Shown here: positions 1-11,636 of the stretch, piece by piece | How positions within the stretch are numbered: position 1 is the first letter of the stretch | Layout: each line of letters starts with the position of its first letter | Source: Proteromonas lacertae | Taxonomy: Eukaryota | Assembly: GCA_002245135.1 (NCBI GenBank) | Contig: NGBS01000919.1 | Span: 1 to 49,208, forward strand | Reading direction: 5' to 3' | Length of the DNA: 49,208 bases | Made by a program: the position numbers and the translations under genes | The notes under the pieces: generated by a model | What the model saw: the letters and a program-made list of their open reading frames with translations, nothing else | What the model was told of the DNA's origin: nothing | Databases searched by the model: none

Positions 1-2552
1 GTTTCTCTAGCATCATAGCTCTTTGATTAATACTATCTCGATTTGCATTTCTCATATAATCATCAATTTTTAAATAATTATTTTCATCTTTATCATCTAA
101 TCTTGCATCTTTTAATACATAAATATTATCTTTCAAAGATACTGGTACTATCAATTCTACTGTATCTCCTATCTTAACAAAGAATGGATAGTTATAGAAT
201 TTGTGAATTCCATCACCTGGTATATCACATGACATATAATCAAACATTGGATCACTTATTACATACCATGCTCTATCACTTTCTTGAGATACTATTACTT
301 TGATTTGTTTACATTTGATTTTTTTATCGTTAGGCCAATTTTTATCATAATCCATACCTATTAATACTTTTATGTTTTTATTTTCCTCTTCATCATCTGA
401 TAGAATATTAATACATGGATTATATATGTATATTTCCTGCTTAGCTTGTCTTTCATTAAATGCTGTTCCTCTATGATTCTTTAACCAATATTCTAATAAA
501 CCAGTAAATGAATATATATTTCTATTGTAATCATATCCATAAAACATCATATTGATACTACTGTAATTTTGAGGTATATATTTACTTCAGTTGCATTATA
601 TTTAGATCTAGGTAATAAAGGTAAATTGATGTTTTCTTCTCTAACCCAATCAGTAAAGAACATATAACTCTTGCTTGAATTTTCATCTACAATTGTACAA
701 GGTGGATTATGATTATGTATAAATGCATCAATTGAATAGATTTTACTATTATTTGTTAACAATTGTGTATAAAACTCTTGTATTATCTTAGTTACACCTA
801 TTTTTGCACCATTTTCTCTAGTAGCTAAAAATCTATGAGATTTATAAAGTCTCTATTTGGATTTGGTATAGCATTAAGCAAATCATCTGGTACTAAAATG
901 AAAATCTATCAGATGGTATAAGATGATGAGGATTAAATTGATTACTTAAACTAATTACATTAGATCTAGATGCATTTAATACAGGAGGAGGTGGAGGTGG
1001 TTGTTGTTGATCAGTTCTTGCTGGCATAGGTCTTGGTGGCAAAGGAGGAGGTGGTATTTGATTACTCATATCACCAAGATCATAAGTGTCTGAATCTTCT
1101 TCAGTATCACTACTTGATGGATTATTATAATTATCTTCACTATCACTATTGCAGGTGATGCATTATAAAATGCATTAACATTTCTATCAATCAATCTGCA
1201 GTAATTGATGGATGAGCAGGAGGATAATTAGCTGGTGCAACATATCTCCAATTTCTATGATCTGCAACATTCATTCCAACATAAGCTGGAACTGATCTTC
1301 TATGTTTAATTTGACGGTTAAGCTGCGTATCTAAAGCTCTATTCATTCTAAAAGTTATAGGATTAGCAAATATATTTGTATTGATTTGTCCTTGTGGTAC
1401 ATGAGCTTCTGTTAATATTTTTTGTATAGTTGCTAAATAGTTATATCTATATCCAGTTCTATTATCACCATCTGGTAATCCCATAAAATTTCTTCTATCA
1501 GAATGATATGGTAAAGTATATTCATTATCATTTTGATAATTACCACTTAGCTTATCTTTTAATATTGGTATATAATATAAAGCTAATATATACAAATCAG
1601 TTACACAGTTGTATATGATTAACGCAATTGAATAAGCTGTTTCTTCTTTTTGATTTGTTAAATACCAAAATTTAGTTCTCATTAAACGACCTATATAAAA
1701 CTTTAACTTATCTTTCAGAGAATCACAAAAGCTAATTATATCATAATTTGCATTGTTGTTATTATTTTCATTATTATCATTGTTATTATTTCCGTTGTTG
1801 TTATTATTGTTATTATCATTACTTCCATTGTCTGCATTTACTAATACTCCTCTTACCATATTATCATGTCTATTTTGCATAACATTTTCTGCTCTTATTT
1901 CAGCTGCACTATTATAATGTTCATTATTCATTATGTTAAAATCATTTTCTGGTTCTGGATGTCTTTCATCAATTTCATAATGAGTTTTTTTAATTCTTCT
2001 ATTTTCTAGTTGTGTAACACCTATTCTCTCTTTTGGGTGTAAAACAACAAATGGATTTCTTTGTAATATAAAATCAGATGCCATACACAATTTATCAATA
2101 CCATCTGCTATACGAGTTTTAAATATTCCACATTCTCTTGCATTAGCAGAATTTTCATTTCCTGCTAATTTTGGATTATAAGCTTCTAATGGTTTGCCAT
2201 GTGCAAAAGGACCTGTTACAAATAAATTCTTACACCAATTAAACATTTTCATATGTTCATCATATAAATTATATATTCTATTAAACTCATGATTTGGCCA
2301 ACCTACAGGAATCAGTCTATATTGCATAATCAATGTTTTGTTAAATCTTTTCACTTCTTGATTCACATAGTTATTCAAATCATCTTCGCTTATATCTTGA
2401 AATGGTATGACTTGATTCCTTCTATGTCTTCTTCTATGCCTTATTCTGTTCATATCAATAGGTACATTATCTTCATCTTCTTCATATTCATAATCATCAT
2501 CTGTTGGTTCATCTTCATCATTTGAATTGTTAACTTGTGGTTGTGGTTGCAT
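1..2552 (-). CDS. Large viral hypothetical protein (>850 aa, 3' end beyond window), broken by five -1 frameshifts
   Basis: ORF 1191..2552 continues through a Pro-rich segment (QIPPPPLPPRPMPARTDQQQPPPPPP), ORF 547..762 and an open frame to base 1 if one base is restored in short A/T runs at ~1193, ~1149, ~896, ~847 and ~568. Confidence 0.7.
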
Positions 2553-2631
2553 ATATATATAACAATATATAAATTAAAGAATAATTCAAATAAAATTATA
2601 TTTTAATATTTCTCAACAATTATAATACATA

Positions 2632-3603
2632 ATGCAACCTAAAGATAGTAATAATGTTTTAAGTAATAGAAGATCATTGTTCTTAACTACATCAGACTAT
2701 GATCCAAAATTTTCTGATAGATGGACAAGATGTATTAATACTCCTACTATAACTGAAAAATATCAATATATGAGTTTAATTACTGCAGTTATTCCAAATA
2801 ACTTCTATACAATACAAGATGAAGTAAATGATCATATACTCTTTAATTTTACTTATTACAGTTGCAGAAATACACAAATAACAGATCGTGAAGAATGGTC
2901 AAAAGCTGAAAACCAAAATGGACCTTATAATAAAACTATTGATATTAAAATACCTCAGAGAAATTATACAGGAAAAGAATTATTAGATTTTTTTAATGAG
3001 CAATTTCTAAAAATAAGCTTTTCAAGGATAGGTGGATCACAACCACCTTTACCTGGTGAGGATCCTGCAAATGATTATCCATTTCGTATAGTAGATGATC
3101 AAACAGATGTACTTCAATTTGATAATACTTCAGAAAATAGATTAGTGCTATATTTTAAGTTTTTAACACATTATGGAAGATATTACTTTACAGATTTTAG
3201 TATAGAATTCCCTAACTTAACTTATAAGTTATATGGTGTTGATGAAAATAATAAAAGTATATCAATTTATCATGCAAATAGTCTTGCAGATGCATATTTC
3301 ACTAATATTTTTGGTGCTTTTCGTAAAGTATTACCCAATCAACCTTCTTTACTATGGGTGTCATTTATTCAAATTAGATGTGACTGGGTTAATAGTGGTG
3401 AGAATTCAATGGTTTTAGCAAATATACCTGTAACTGATATAAATGCAGAATATACAACATTCACTAATCCACAAATTGAATGGACAGCTAAAAAGATGCA
3501 ATATCACGAATATCAACGAATGAAGATAACAGTCTCTCAACAAGATGGCTATGCAATTGATTTAAAAAACCTACCTATTTATTTTGAGATTATTTTGTAT
3601 TAA
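2632..3603 (+). CDS. Minor capsid protein (penton, single jelly-roll) of Polinton-like virus
   Basis: Motifs resembling Polinton/PLV/virophage pentons: IPNNFYTI, IKIPQRNYTGKELL, LANIPV, C-terminal ITVSQQDGYAIDLKNLPIYFEIILY. 323 aa, directly upstream of the MCP. Confidence 0.78.
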   Translation: MQPKDSNNVLSNRRSLFLTTSDYDPKFSDRWTRCINTPTITEKYQYMSLITAVIPNNFYTIQDEVNDHILFNFTYYSCRNTQITDREEWSKAENQNGPYNKTIDIKIPQRNYTGKELLDFFNEQFLKISFSRIGGSQPPLPGEDPANDYPFRIVDDQTDVLQFDNTSENRLVLYFKFLTHYGRYYFTDFSIEFPNLTYKLYGVDENNKSISIYHANSLADAYFTNIFGAFRKVLPNQPSLLWVSFIQIRCDWVNSGENSMVLANIPVTDINAEYTTFTNPQIEWTAKKMQYHEYQRMKITVSQQDGYAIDLKNLPIYFEIILY

Positions 3604-3660
3604 TAAATTTCTTGCTATTTTTAAGCATTTTTTGATTTTTTAAAAATAACATAAAATAAT

Positions 3661-5100
3661 ATGTCAATCACTGCTGTACCTGCTTCACAAAAACATGAAA
3701 GCATTGTGCCAGCTTATATACCTGTCTATAATCATATTTTAGTGACTCCAAATCAAGCTCGTAATGAAACTGTTTTATCTACAAACTCAAACAGTGATTC
3801 AATTACATTTGAAATATCTGGCGATAATTGTGTTAATCTATCAAAAAGTTACTTTGAATTTGAATTAGATTTTAAACCTGGTTTAACAAGAGATCATGTT
3901 GATGGAGAAGAAGAACCTAACCCTTGGGATTCTCCTACTAATTTCACTGAAGAAGGTAATGTATTATTTTTGCGAAATACTATGAATTTTGGAACTATCA
4001 AAGTTTACAACAAAACAGGAACATTGTTATGTGATCTTGATACTAGTTATAACGAATATAGAGATTTAGCTCATCAAATTGCAAATCAATATCCTTATGA
4101 TTTGAAAGAACCTACCTACTATGAGGAAATTTTTGATGGATTACATTTTAATTGTGATAATGGAAGTTATAGTGTTGACAAAATTTTTCTTTGTTCACCA
4201 AATAATGGTGAAGACAGTACTCCTAATTATTGGATTGAACAAGCAAATGGCAAAGATATATTACATGGTAGATTACGTTGTAGATATCATTTCTATGATT
4301 TATATAATACAATTTTAGCATTGAAGAATGATATTTATTTTGGCGAAGTCATTTATATACAATTCACATTTGCTCCTATTGTTAATTGGCTTATACATGA
4401 ATCTGAGTACAAGCTCTACAATAACGAATGGCAACCATTTGTAGAAATGAGAGTTATCAACCCTAGACTATACATTTGTTATAATAAAGATCCTACATGT
4501 AATGCTAATACTATTAATTATACTACTCATCATCCTATTGACTTTACTGACTTTAACATAGTTCAAGTAACTAAAGATCCAATTTCTGGTAGTAATACTT
4601 TTAACTATAACTTCAGTATTAATAGCAGTATAGGAAGTTATGTTAAATTCATATTATACAGAGCTTATTTCAATGCAATACATGATAGAAGTGTAGTTCC
4701 ATTTACTGAAGATCAAGATAGAATAAGATGGCAAATTAATGATTTCGTTTATACACCTGATTATTTATATCCATCAAAATATCAGACATGGGAATATATG
4801 AGAAATTATATTCAAAATACATTATTTGAAAGATGTTCTCAACAATCTTTTGCTTATAGATTCTTTGATATATTAAATTTCAGTACTGACCGTTTAACTG
4901 AATTAAAGTTAAGAGCTGGTAAAGATTTATCGAGTGATTTAAAAATAACATTAGATTGTTCAAACCGTAACTTTGATGCTAGAAAAGATAATCCAGATGA
5001 TGAGGATGAAAACAGAAATAGAACTATTCATCATAAATTCTACATAATTACTGGTAAACAATTGATTATTGGACCAAGGGGTGTTGAAAAAGTAGTATAA
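3661..5100 (+). CDS. Major capsid protein (double jelly-roll) of Polinton-like virus
   Basis: 479 aa, beta-rich. N-terminal ITFEISGDNCVNLSKSYFEFELD resembles Polinton/PLV MCPs. Lies between the penton and the ATPase. Confidence 0.8.
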   Translation: MSITAVPASQKHESIVPAYIPVYNHILVTPNQARNETVLSTNSNSDSITFEISGDNCVNLSKSYFEFELDFKPGLTRDHVDGEEEPNPWDSPTNFTEEGNVLFLRNTMNFGTIKVYNKTGTLLCDLDTSYNEYRDLAHQIANQYPYDLKEPTYYEEIFDGLHFNCDNGSYSVDKIFLCSPNNGEDSTPNYWIEQANGKDILHGRLRCRYHFYDLYNTILALKNDIYFGEVIYIQFTFAPIVNWLIHESEYKLYNNEWQPFVEMRVINPRLYICYNKDPTCNANTINYTTHHPIDFTDFNIVQVTKDPISGSNTFNYNFSINSSIGSYVKFILYRAYFNAIHDRSVVPFTEDQDRIRWQINDFVYTPDYLYPSKYQTWEYMRNYIQNTLFERCSQQSFAYRFFDILNFSTDRLTELKLRAGKDLSSDLKITLDCSNRNFDARKDNPDDEDENRNRTIHHKFYIITGKQLIIGPRGVEKVV

Positions 5101-5180
5101 GTAATAACACTTTATTATTGACTTCTATTTTTATTTTTTGATTTCTCACTACATAATATATATATATATATACACACACT

Positions 5181-5941
5181 ATGTTTAAATTTGAAAAAAT
5201 AAATAATATACAAATTGAACCTGTTGATGGTGGTGAGTCATTTGATCCTAAGAAAATTCTGGGTTATGATTACTTTAACGAGCCTTTCTGTAATATTTTT
5301 ATTGTGGCACGTAAGAACAGTGGGAAAACCACTTTGATATACAATATATTAAGACATATTATAGATCCAAAATATAAGAAAAAACAACATGTACATTTTT
5401 TCGTAGGTACAATCAAACAAGATAGAATATATGATTCAATTAAAGAGTTGTTAGATTATAATGAAATTAGTTATGATGAAAACGATTCTTTATATGATCC
5501 TTACTCAGGAGATAATTTAGTAGAGAAGTTAATGAAATCAATTGATGATACAAACAAAGATAATTATGAGTATGCAGAACATATTATAATATTTGATGAT
5601 CTTAGTTTAGAGTTGAAAACAGCTAATATCATACCAGTATTAATGAAAGAAAATAGACATTTAAAATCAAAAATTATAATTAGTAGTCAATATATTACTG
5701 ATATAGTACCTTCAGCAAGATCACAAGTAGATTATTGTTTAACATTTTATGGATTGAGTAACAGAAATTTGTTTGACTTATATAACTCATTGAATATATG
5801 GATACCTGAATATGAAACATTTAAAGAGTTATATTTAGCTGTTACTAAGCCACAATATAACTTCTTATATATTGATAATGTTAAAAAAGTGTTTAGAGCT
5901 AACTTTAATATTTGATTGAAGATCATTCTGAAGTTTCTTGA
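5181..5941 (+). CDS. A32/FtsK-HerA-like DNA packaging ATPase
   Basis: Walker A FIVARKNSGKTT, Walker B IIIFDD, then KENRHLKSKIIISSQY..ARSQVDY (RH/Q/R motifs of the A32 family). The ORF stops at 5915 as written; adding one T at ~5911 gives ...NFNILIEDHSEVS* ending at 5941. Confidence 0.9.
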
Positions 5942-5985
5942 TGTTTTTATTAATTTTGTTATTTTATTGTTTATTAATTCAAAAA

Positions 5986-6771
5986 ATGTTTATTGGGGAA
6001 CGAAATACTTCAGATATAAATATTGATACAGATAAGCTTGCTAAAGATATAGCTGACAAAATAAATATACAACCTACTGATCCTGATACTATTGTTAAAC
6101 CTATTAATAATCATACTGATACTCAAATAAATAATATTATTACACCTGTTAATGATATCAAAACTACTACAAATACTATATATGGTAAATGTCAAGAAAT
6201 ATATAATGTTGTAAATAATAGCTCTGGAGGTAGCACTACAATAGTTAATAATTCTGTATCACCTAAATTATTGCATACTGAATATACATATTGGTCAGTT
6301 AATTTCTATATATTTCAAGATGGTTCCATCAATCAATATGAATCTACTGTAAAAGTACCTATAAAAATTCAAATGTTTGAACATTTTATGAGAATCAAAA
6401 TATATAATGGCCTTGTTTTAAAAAATCATGATGATGGTTATGGATTTATATTATATCTAGATGACAATCATGTTATTAAAGCTGAACCAGGTAAAGAAGA
6501 TTTATTGCAACAATATTATAACAAATTATTAGAAACATACTTTGTAGATGGTAGTAATGGAATATACTTCCCTATACAAGGTGTAATAAATGAAACTTCA
6601 CAACCTGCAATTAATGATTATGGATGTTTTTGGCCTATATTAAGAAATAATAATAATAAATGTAATCTTTATATAGAACGAAAAGGTCTTGATGCATATT
6701 CATATCAAGCATTCCCACCTCAAGTTATTATAACAGAGTGGATGGATACAGGTGTTACAGAACCATTTTAA
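5986..6771 (+). CDS. Viral hypothetical protein (possible fibre/spike-like)
   Basis: Intronless ORF from ATG 5986 (MFIGERNT). Low-complexity/helical N-terminus, SSGGS linker, aromatic beta-rich C-terminal domain. Function inferred from position only. Confidence 0.6.
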   Translation: MFIGERNTSDINIDTDKLAKDIADKINIQPTDPDTIVKPINNHTDTQINNIITPVNDIKTTTNTIYGKCQEIYNVVNNSSGGSTTIVNNSVSPKLLHTEYTYWSVNFYIFQDGSINQYESTVKVPIKIQMFEHFMRIKIYNGLVLKNHDDGYGFILYLDDNHVIKAEPGKEDLLQQYYNKLLETYFVDGSNGIYFPIQGVINETSQPAINDYGCFWPILRNNNNKCNLYIERKGLDAYSYQAFPPQVIITEWMDTGVTEPF

Positions 6772-6907
6772 TCTTTATTATGATTATTTTATTATGTTTA
6801 TTATAAAATTTATTATATTTTTATTATATTATATGATTTTTATTAAATTACGCATATTTTTAAACCCTGTCCCAAATCATTTTAAGATAAAGATTCGTTT
6901 TTAAAAT

Positions 6908-7387
6908 TTAGACTATGTTTATCGTAGTTTGATCATTGTTTCCTTTAACTTCTTCTTGTGCTTCTTCTTCCTCATCATCATCACTATCATCAAATATATA
7001 ATTCTTCTTTACATAATGTTTCAACATAGGATTCTTCTTCAAATGAACACTTCCCATTCCTTCAGGTAGTGTTAACCATTCAATATACTTATCAAACACT
7101 GCAAAATAATGTCTATTTAATCCTCTTGGTTTTACTGATGGTTTAATATCGAAAAGCATCATATAATATCTCTTATCACTATACTTTGTCCACATCTTTT
7201 GATGGCAAATAGCACAGAATTCATTATAAGACTTTATCTCTTCCTTAGGTAATGGGCTATCTAAAACTGCACTTATGTTATGGTTAAAATATAAGTAAAA
7301 CTTACATGTTCCACATATACACTTATCTAAATAATCTTCATTATTTCTAAATGAACAAAAGAAAGCAAAGTTTACTGAAGCACACAT
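6908..7387 (-). CDS. Viral Cys-rich hypothetical protein (possible Zn-binding) with acidic tail
   Basis: 159 aa intronless ORF with CICGTC and CAICH motifs and a DDSDDDEEEE tail. Confidence 0.65.
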   Translation of the reverse strand: MCASVNFAFFCSFRNNEDYLDKCICGTCKFYLYFNHNISAVLDSPLPKEEIKSYNEFCAICHQKMWTKYSDKRYYMMLFDIKPSVKPRGLNRHYFAVFDKYIEWLTLPEGMGSVHLKKNPMLKHYVKKNYIFDDSDDDEEEEAQEEVKGNNDQTTINIV

Positions 7388-7639
7388 ATTTATATTTTTT
7401 TGATAAAAAACGGTTTTTCTAAAATTTCAGGAAAATCAAAACTGTTTCTTTTTTCTGTTTATAACAACAGTTTCTCGTCAGAATTTCGATTTAGTAAAAA
7501 ATATAGAATACTGCAGATAATTCTTTAAATATATATTTTTGATACTATTTAAATTCTTTTGAATGTTTTTAACTACACTATATAAATCCATGAATAAATT
7601 GATAAATGAAAAAAAATAACCAAAAAAAAGTAAGAACGC

Positions 7640-8030
7640 ATTCTGTAGCTTGGCCATTACACTATTTAATCACTAAGTCCTAGTCAGGCTACACAGGACA
7701 CGCTACTTACTTACATAGAAATACATTTCTTATTCTATAAAGTAGCTACCCTGCCGGGGTAGAACAGGTAGCTACTTATCTATTTCTACACATTATTTCT
7801 ACTATCCTACGCTAAAAACTATTAAAAATATAAAAATAGAATTTGACCCATAAATTTATTCACACACTAAAATATATACACAATTTTAAATTCACCACTT
7901 GCTCCAGTATAACCCGTACCAAAAACTAATTCACACTCAAATCGCTTATTCTTATCTGTAGAAGGCACCTAAGAATAGTCTGGTACGGTTTACCCACATA
8001 CAGTGATATTCTTACGGTTATACATATATA
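7640..8030. repeat. Structured terminal region of the viral element (inverted repeats and iterated motifs; candidate TIR/att end)
   Basis: IR AAGTAGCTACC 7740-7750 / GGTAGCTACTT 7767-7777. Stem TGTAGCTTGGC 7644-7654 / GTCAGGCTACA 7683-7693. GTATAACCCGTACCA 7907-7921 is complementary (1 bulge) to TGGTACGGTT 7981-7990 and TACGGTTATAC 8013-8023. Confidence 0.6.
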
Positions 8031-8032
8031 TA

Positions 8033-8416
8033 TATGGATATTATGGCGAAAATGATGAAGAAAAATGGCAAATCGATATGGTTGTGGATGGAACTTATGA
8101 TTTAAGATCTAAATTATATGATGCTACTGTATTTAGTAAGAATGAAGCTGCTGATTCTAAAGTATTTGTTGAAACAGTACTTCCAACTTGGCTTACTTAT
8201 TTTGAAAACTTGAAGAAGAGAAATGAAGGTGATTTTTATGTAGGAAAGAAAGTAACAATAGCTGATGTTGCTGTATATGATACATTATATGAATGTAATG
8301 TAACTGCCAAAGGTATGGTGTTAGAAAATGAAACTTTAAAGAAATTTATGGAATCTTTTGAAAAAATACCCAAATATGCTGAATATCGTAAATCATCAAG
8401 ATGGCATACAGAATAA
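8033..8416 (+). pseudogene. Glutathione S-transferase, C-terminal domain only (5' part missing at the viral junction)
   Basis: YGYYGENDEEKWQIDMVVDGTYDLR...FYVGKKVTIADVAVYD is a typical GST C-terminal domain. No N-terminal thioredoxin-like domain, ATG or nearby splice acceptor upstream. Confidence 0.75.
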
Positions 8417-8465
8417 TTAATTTTGAATTAAAATTAATTGATTTCTATTTCTATTTACATTATAT

Positions 8466-11400
8466 TTATTCAACATTAAAGAATTCTTTCAAAATCTCTG
8501 CTTTTTCTTCTTCTTTCATTCCACTAAGTTTGATAATTCCAATTGATGAAAATGTATTCAATAATGACTGTAATTCGGATTTATCTATATTCTCTTTAAC
8601 TTTTATCGATAATTCATCTAAATCTTCAAATATATTCTTGTTTTCTTTCATTAATCTCAATTCTTTTTCATTTAATTCTTTTCCTGATAGATTTATCTTT
8701 CTCAATATTTCAGTATATTCTTTTAATCTTTCTATTAACACTCTTAAACCTTTTTCACTCATTCCAACATCTATTGATGTAAAGATTACAAGTATAAATA
8801 CTTGATATATCAAGATTACTCCAATTACAAAATTTATTTACATACTTACATATTATCTCTACTCCTTCATCTCCAATATCATTGCCAAATAGAGAAATAT
8901 TATCTGCAGTTTCTGGTAAAGAATCTGTTAATTCTTTTAACCCTTTAGATGTTATTTTATTATTAGATAAATTGATATTCCAAAACCGCATTTGTGTAAT
9001 ACAAGATATATGCGAATCATTGATATTCATTGAAGAAAAGTCCAAATTATCTCTTTCTTTTTTAATACAATAATCCAAATAGTATTCCAATTCTTCGTTT
9101 GTCCATGATGAAGATTTCACTTCTATAAACGGATACCACTCTCTTTCTACAGACTTTGAACATATGGATATTAATCCATTCATTTTTATATTATTTCCAT
9201 TCTCATAAATAACTTTACACTTTTCAATTGAATCAATTTTATTTGTTAATAACCTTATACTTATATCATCAATCAACATATTACTTAGATTCATTTCATT
9301 TTGATAGTTCAATAATGGTATTCTGTTAAGCAACAATTTAAATCCATCATTACCAACTGGGTTATCTATAATATATTTTATTATAAATATACTATGCATT
9401 GAGAACTTTTTTATATTATCTTTATACCTCACATACTTCATCCAATATTCAACTCCATCCAAATCAATATTATTATCACTAATATCAAGCATCTCAATCT
9501 TTCCTTCAATATTCTTTAGACTATTAAGCAAGCATTTTAATCCTACTGAAGATAATCCTATTTCTATTTTAAATAAAAATATAACTATAACTATACTTCT
9601 ACAACTGATTCTTTTCTTATCATCTATTAATAAATCTATATGTGGAGATAATAATGTCATTCCTTTATCTCCTATTTCATTTCCATTTAACTGAAGTTCT
9701 TTTAGACTTGAAAACGTAGATGAATTAGTATATTATCTAAATAATAGAAACATATTTAATTATACTACTCAAATCTAACTTTTCTATTTCTCCTAATTCA
9801 CTTGATCTTAATGAGATGAAAGATTTGATAAAACTATCATCTATTAAACCATTATTAAATGCTAATCTGCATTTCTTGTATGTATAATTCTTTTTAATAT
9901 TATCTATAATTTGTGGAATTTGTTCATCAATAAGTAATCCTTTACATTCATCAAAATATACTTTATTTATTGGATATTTCAAAAATAAGTATTTTAACCC
10001 TTTATAATGAATATTATTCTTTCTAATATCAATCTTTTTGTTATTATCTATTAAATACAATCTATCTGTCAATGCCATAATTGATTCATCATTCAATCTC
10101 ATATTACTAAGGTTTAATTCATTTTTGTTTATTAATAAATGAATATAAGGTATAAATAAACTAAATTCTCTTGAATTTTTAATATTTTCTACATAAATAT
10201 AATGATAATTTATATATATATATATACTACCAAGTTTTAATGAATTTAGTTTCAAGTATGGAATTATTTTTACAAACGCTTCAAAAAATGAACTATCTAA
10301 TACACATTCTGACAAATCCAATTCTTGTATAGTTGATAATTGAATGAATTGAGAGGCAAATAATATTTGATCTTCTGCTTCAAGATTTATATTAACTACA
10401 ATATAATATGATTGAAATTGGAAATATACCAAATTTGAGTTTTGTTTGCCTTGTTAAAGTAAACATTTTAAACATATATTTTATTCCATCTGAATTAAGA
10501 TATACACTTTCTCTTTTAGTTACTAATACAGTTGCTCTATCATAATTCAATTTCATATTAAAAAACATCTCACTGTTAGAAAAAGGTTTAATATTTATTT
10601 TATTCTTTAACTGATATGATTGGATATATTCTTTAACATACCACAATATAGATAATGATTGATCATCTGCTTGGTTATTATATAGTTTTATAAAATTATC
10701 CCTTAAACTTTCCCATCTTGCAGATTTGATATAATATTCTTTGGGAAATACAATTGGTAATTTTAACACTTCATTATCTACTTCATATATCTGTTGAGCT
10801 ATCTTCCCTTCGATCTTCATACTTTCAACGATTTCTTCATTATTCTCTTTGGTTATAAGAATCTTCAACTCCATTATTACTTCATCTAATGAAATTCTTT
10901 TTATTTCGTTAATATTTAACATTCTTTCAATCAATTCTCTGATATATTTATCCTTAGTTTCATCTTTAATAATCATATTACTTTTGAAATGTTTCTTTGT
11001 TGTTAAATGAAAATATATACAACCTAATGACCATATAACACTATTTTGACTTAACTCTTTGTTTTTTAATCTCTCTGGACTTATAAATAAAAGATCATAT
11101 GAATTTGTATCTTCATAGTCTCTCATCTCATCTAGATACAAATCACATAACAAAATGTTGTTTATTTTTTCATTATAAACTATGTTTGATGTTTTTAAAT
11201 TATAATTTATTAAATTAGTACTATCCAAAAGCGATATTGCTCTGCATATCATCAGCATTAGTGTATATAATTCTTCAAAATGATAATTTGACTGTATAAA
11301 ATAATCCAAATCGTTTGAATAATAGTCTCTATCTATTCCTAAATATCTATTATTATGCAATAGCATCCATCTTGATATAATAAACGGTTTTGGCTGAATT

Positions 11401-11636
11401 AATAACAACTGTTGCTGTATTTCAAAACTGTATTTTATATTCAATGCTTTGTTATAAATATCAAATATTTTAATCAATTTTATCCTTCTTCTGATAGATA
11501 TTTTGTAATGACACTCATTCTTACTTTTATTGGTTATTTTCAGTACCTACAATCAAAACTTAAAATAATATACCTTAAATTCGGTTGGGTATACACTAGA
11601 TAACACATTTTTGAAATCAAAACTTTTGAAACCCAT
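8466..11636 (-). CDS. Multi-exon kinase-like domain + RI-type leucine-rich-repeat protein
   Basis: ORFs 10392..11477, 9737..10432, 8755..9660 and 8466..8813 are joined by short GT-AG introns; ATG at 11636 (MGFKSFDF). Kinase-like NYNLKTSNI/FISPE/VIWSLGC; LRRs such as LDISDNNI and ISLFGNDIGDEGV. Confidence 0.75.

Larger units (their letters stand above)
1..8030. mobile_element. Endogenous Polinton-like virus / Maverick-type dsDNA viral element (right-hand part; left end outside window)
   Basis: Cluster of intronless ORFs for minor capsid, DJR major capsid and A32-like ATPase in one orientation. A ~640 bp non-coding structured terminal region is followed abruptly by the middle of a host GST coding sequence. 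No polymerase or integrase gene is visible in the window. Confidence 0.88.

Noticed and set aside
2289..4318. Short ORFs 2289..2525, 3233..3418 and 4121..4318
   Set aside because: Antisense or alternate-frame shadows of longer viral genes with AT-driven I/F/L composition.
5938..5985. Apparent signal peptide MMFLLILLFYCLL on the viral ORF
   Set aside because: It starts at TTG in T-rich spacer overlapping the repaired ATPase stop; ATG 5986 is the likelier start.
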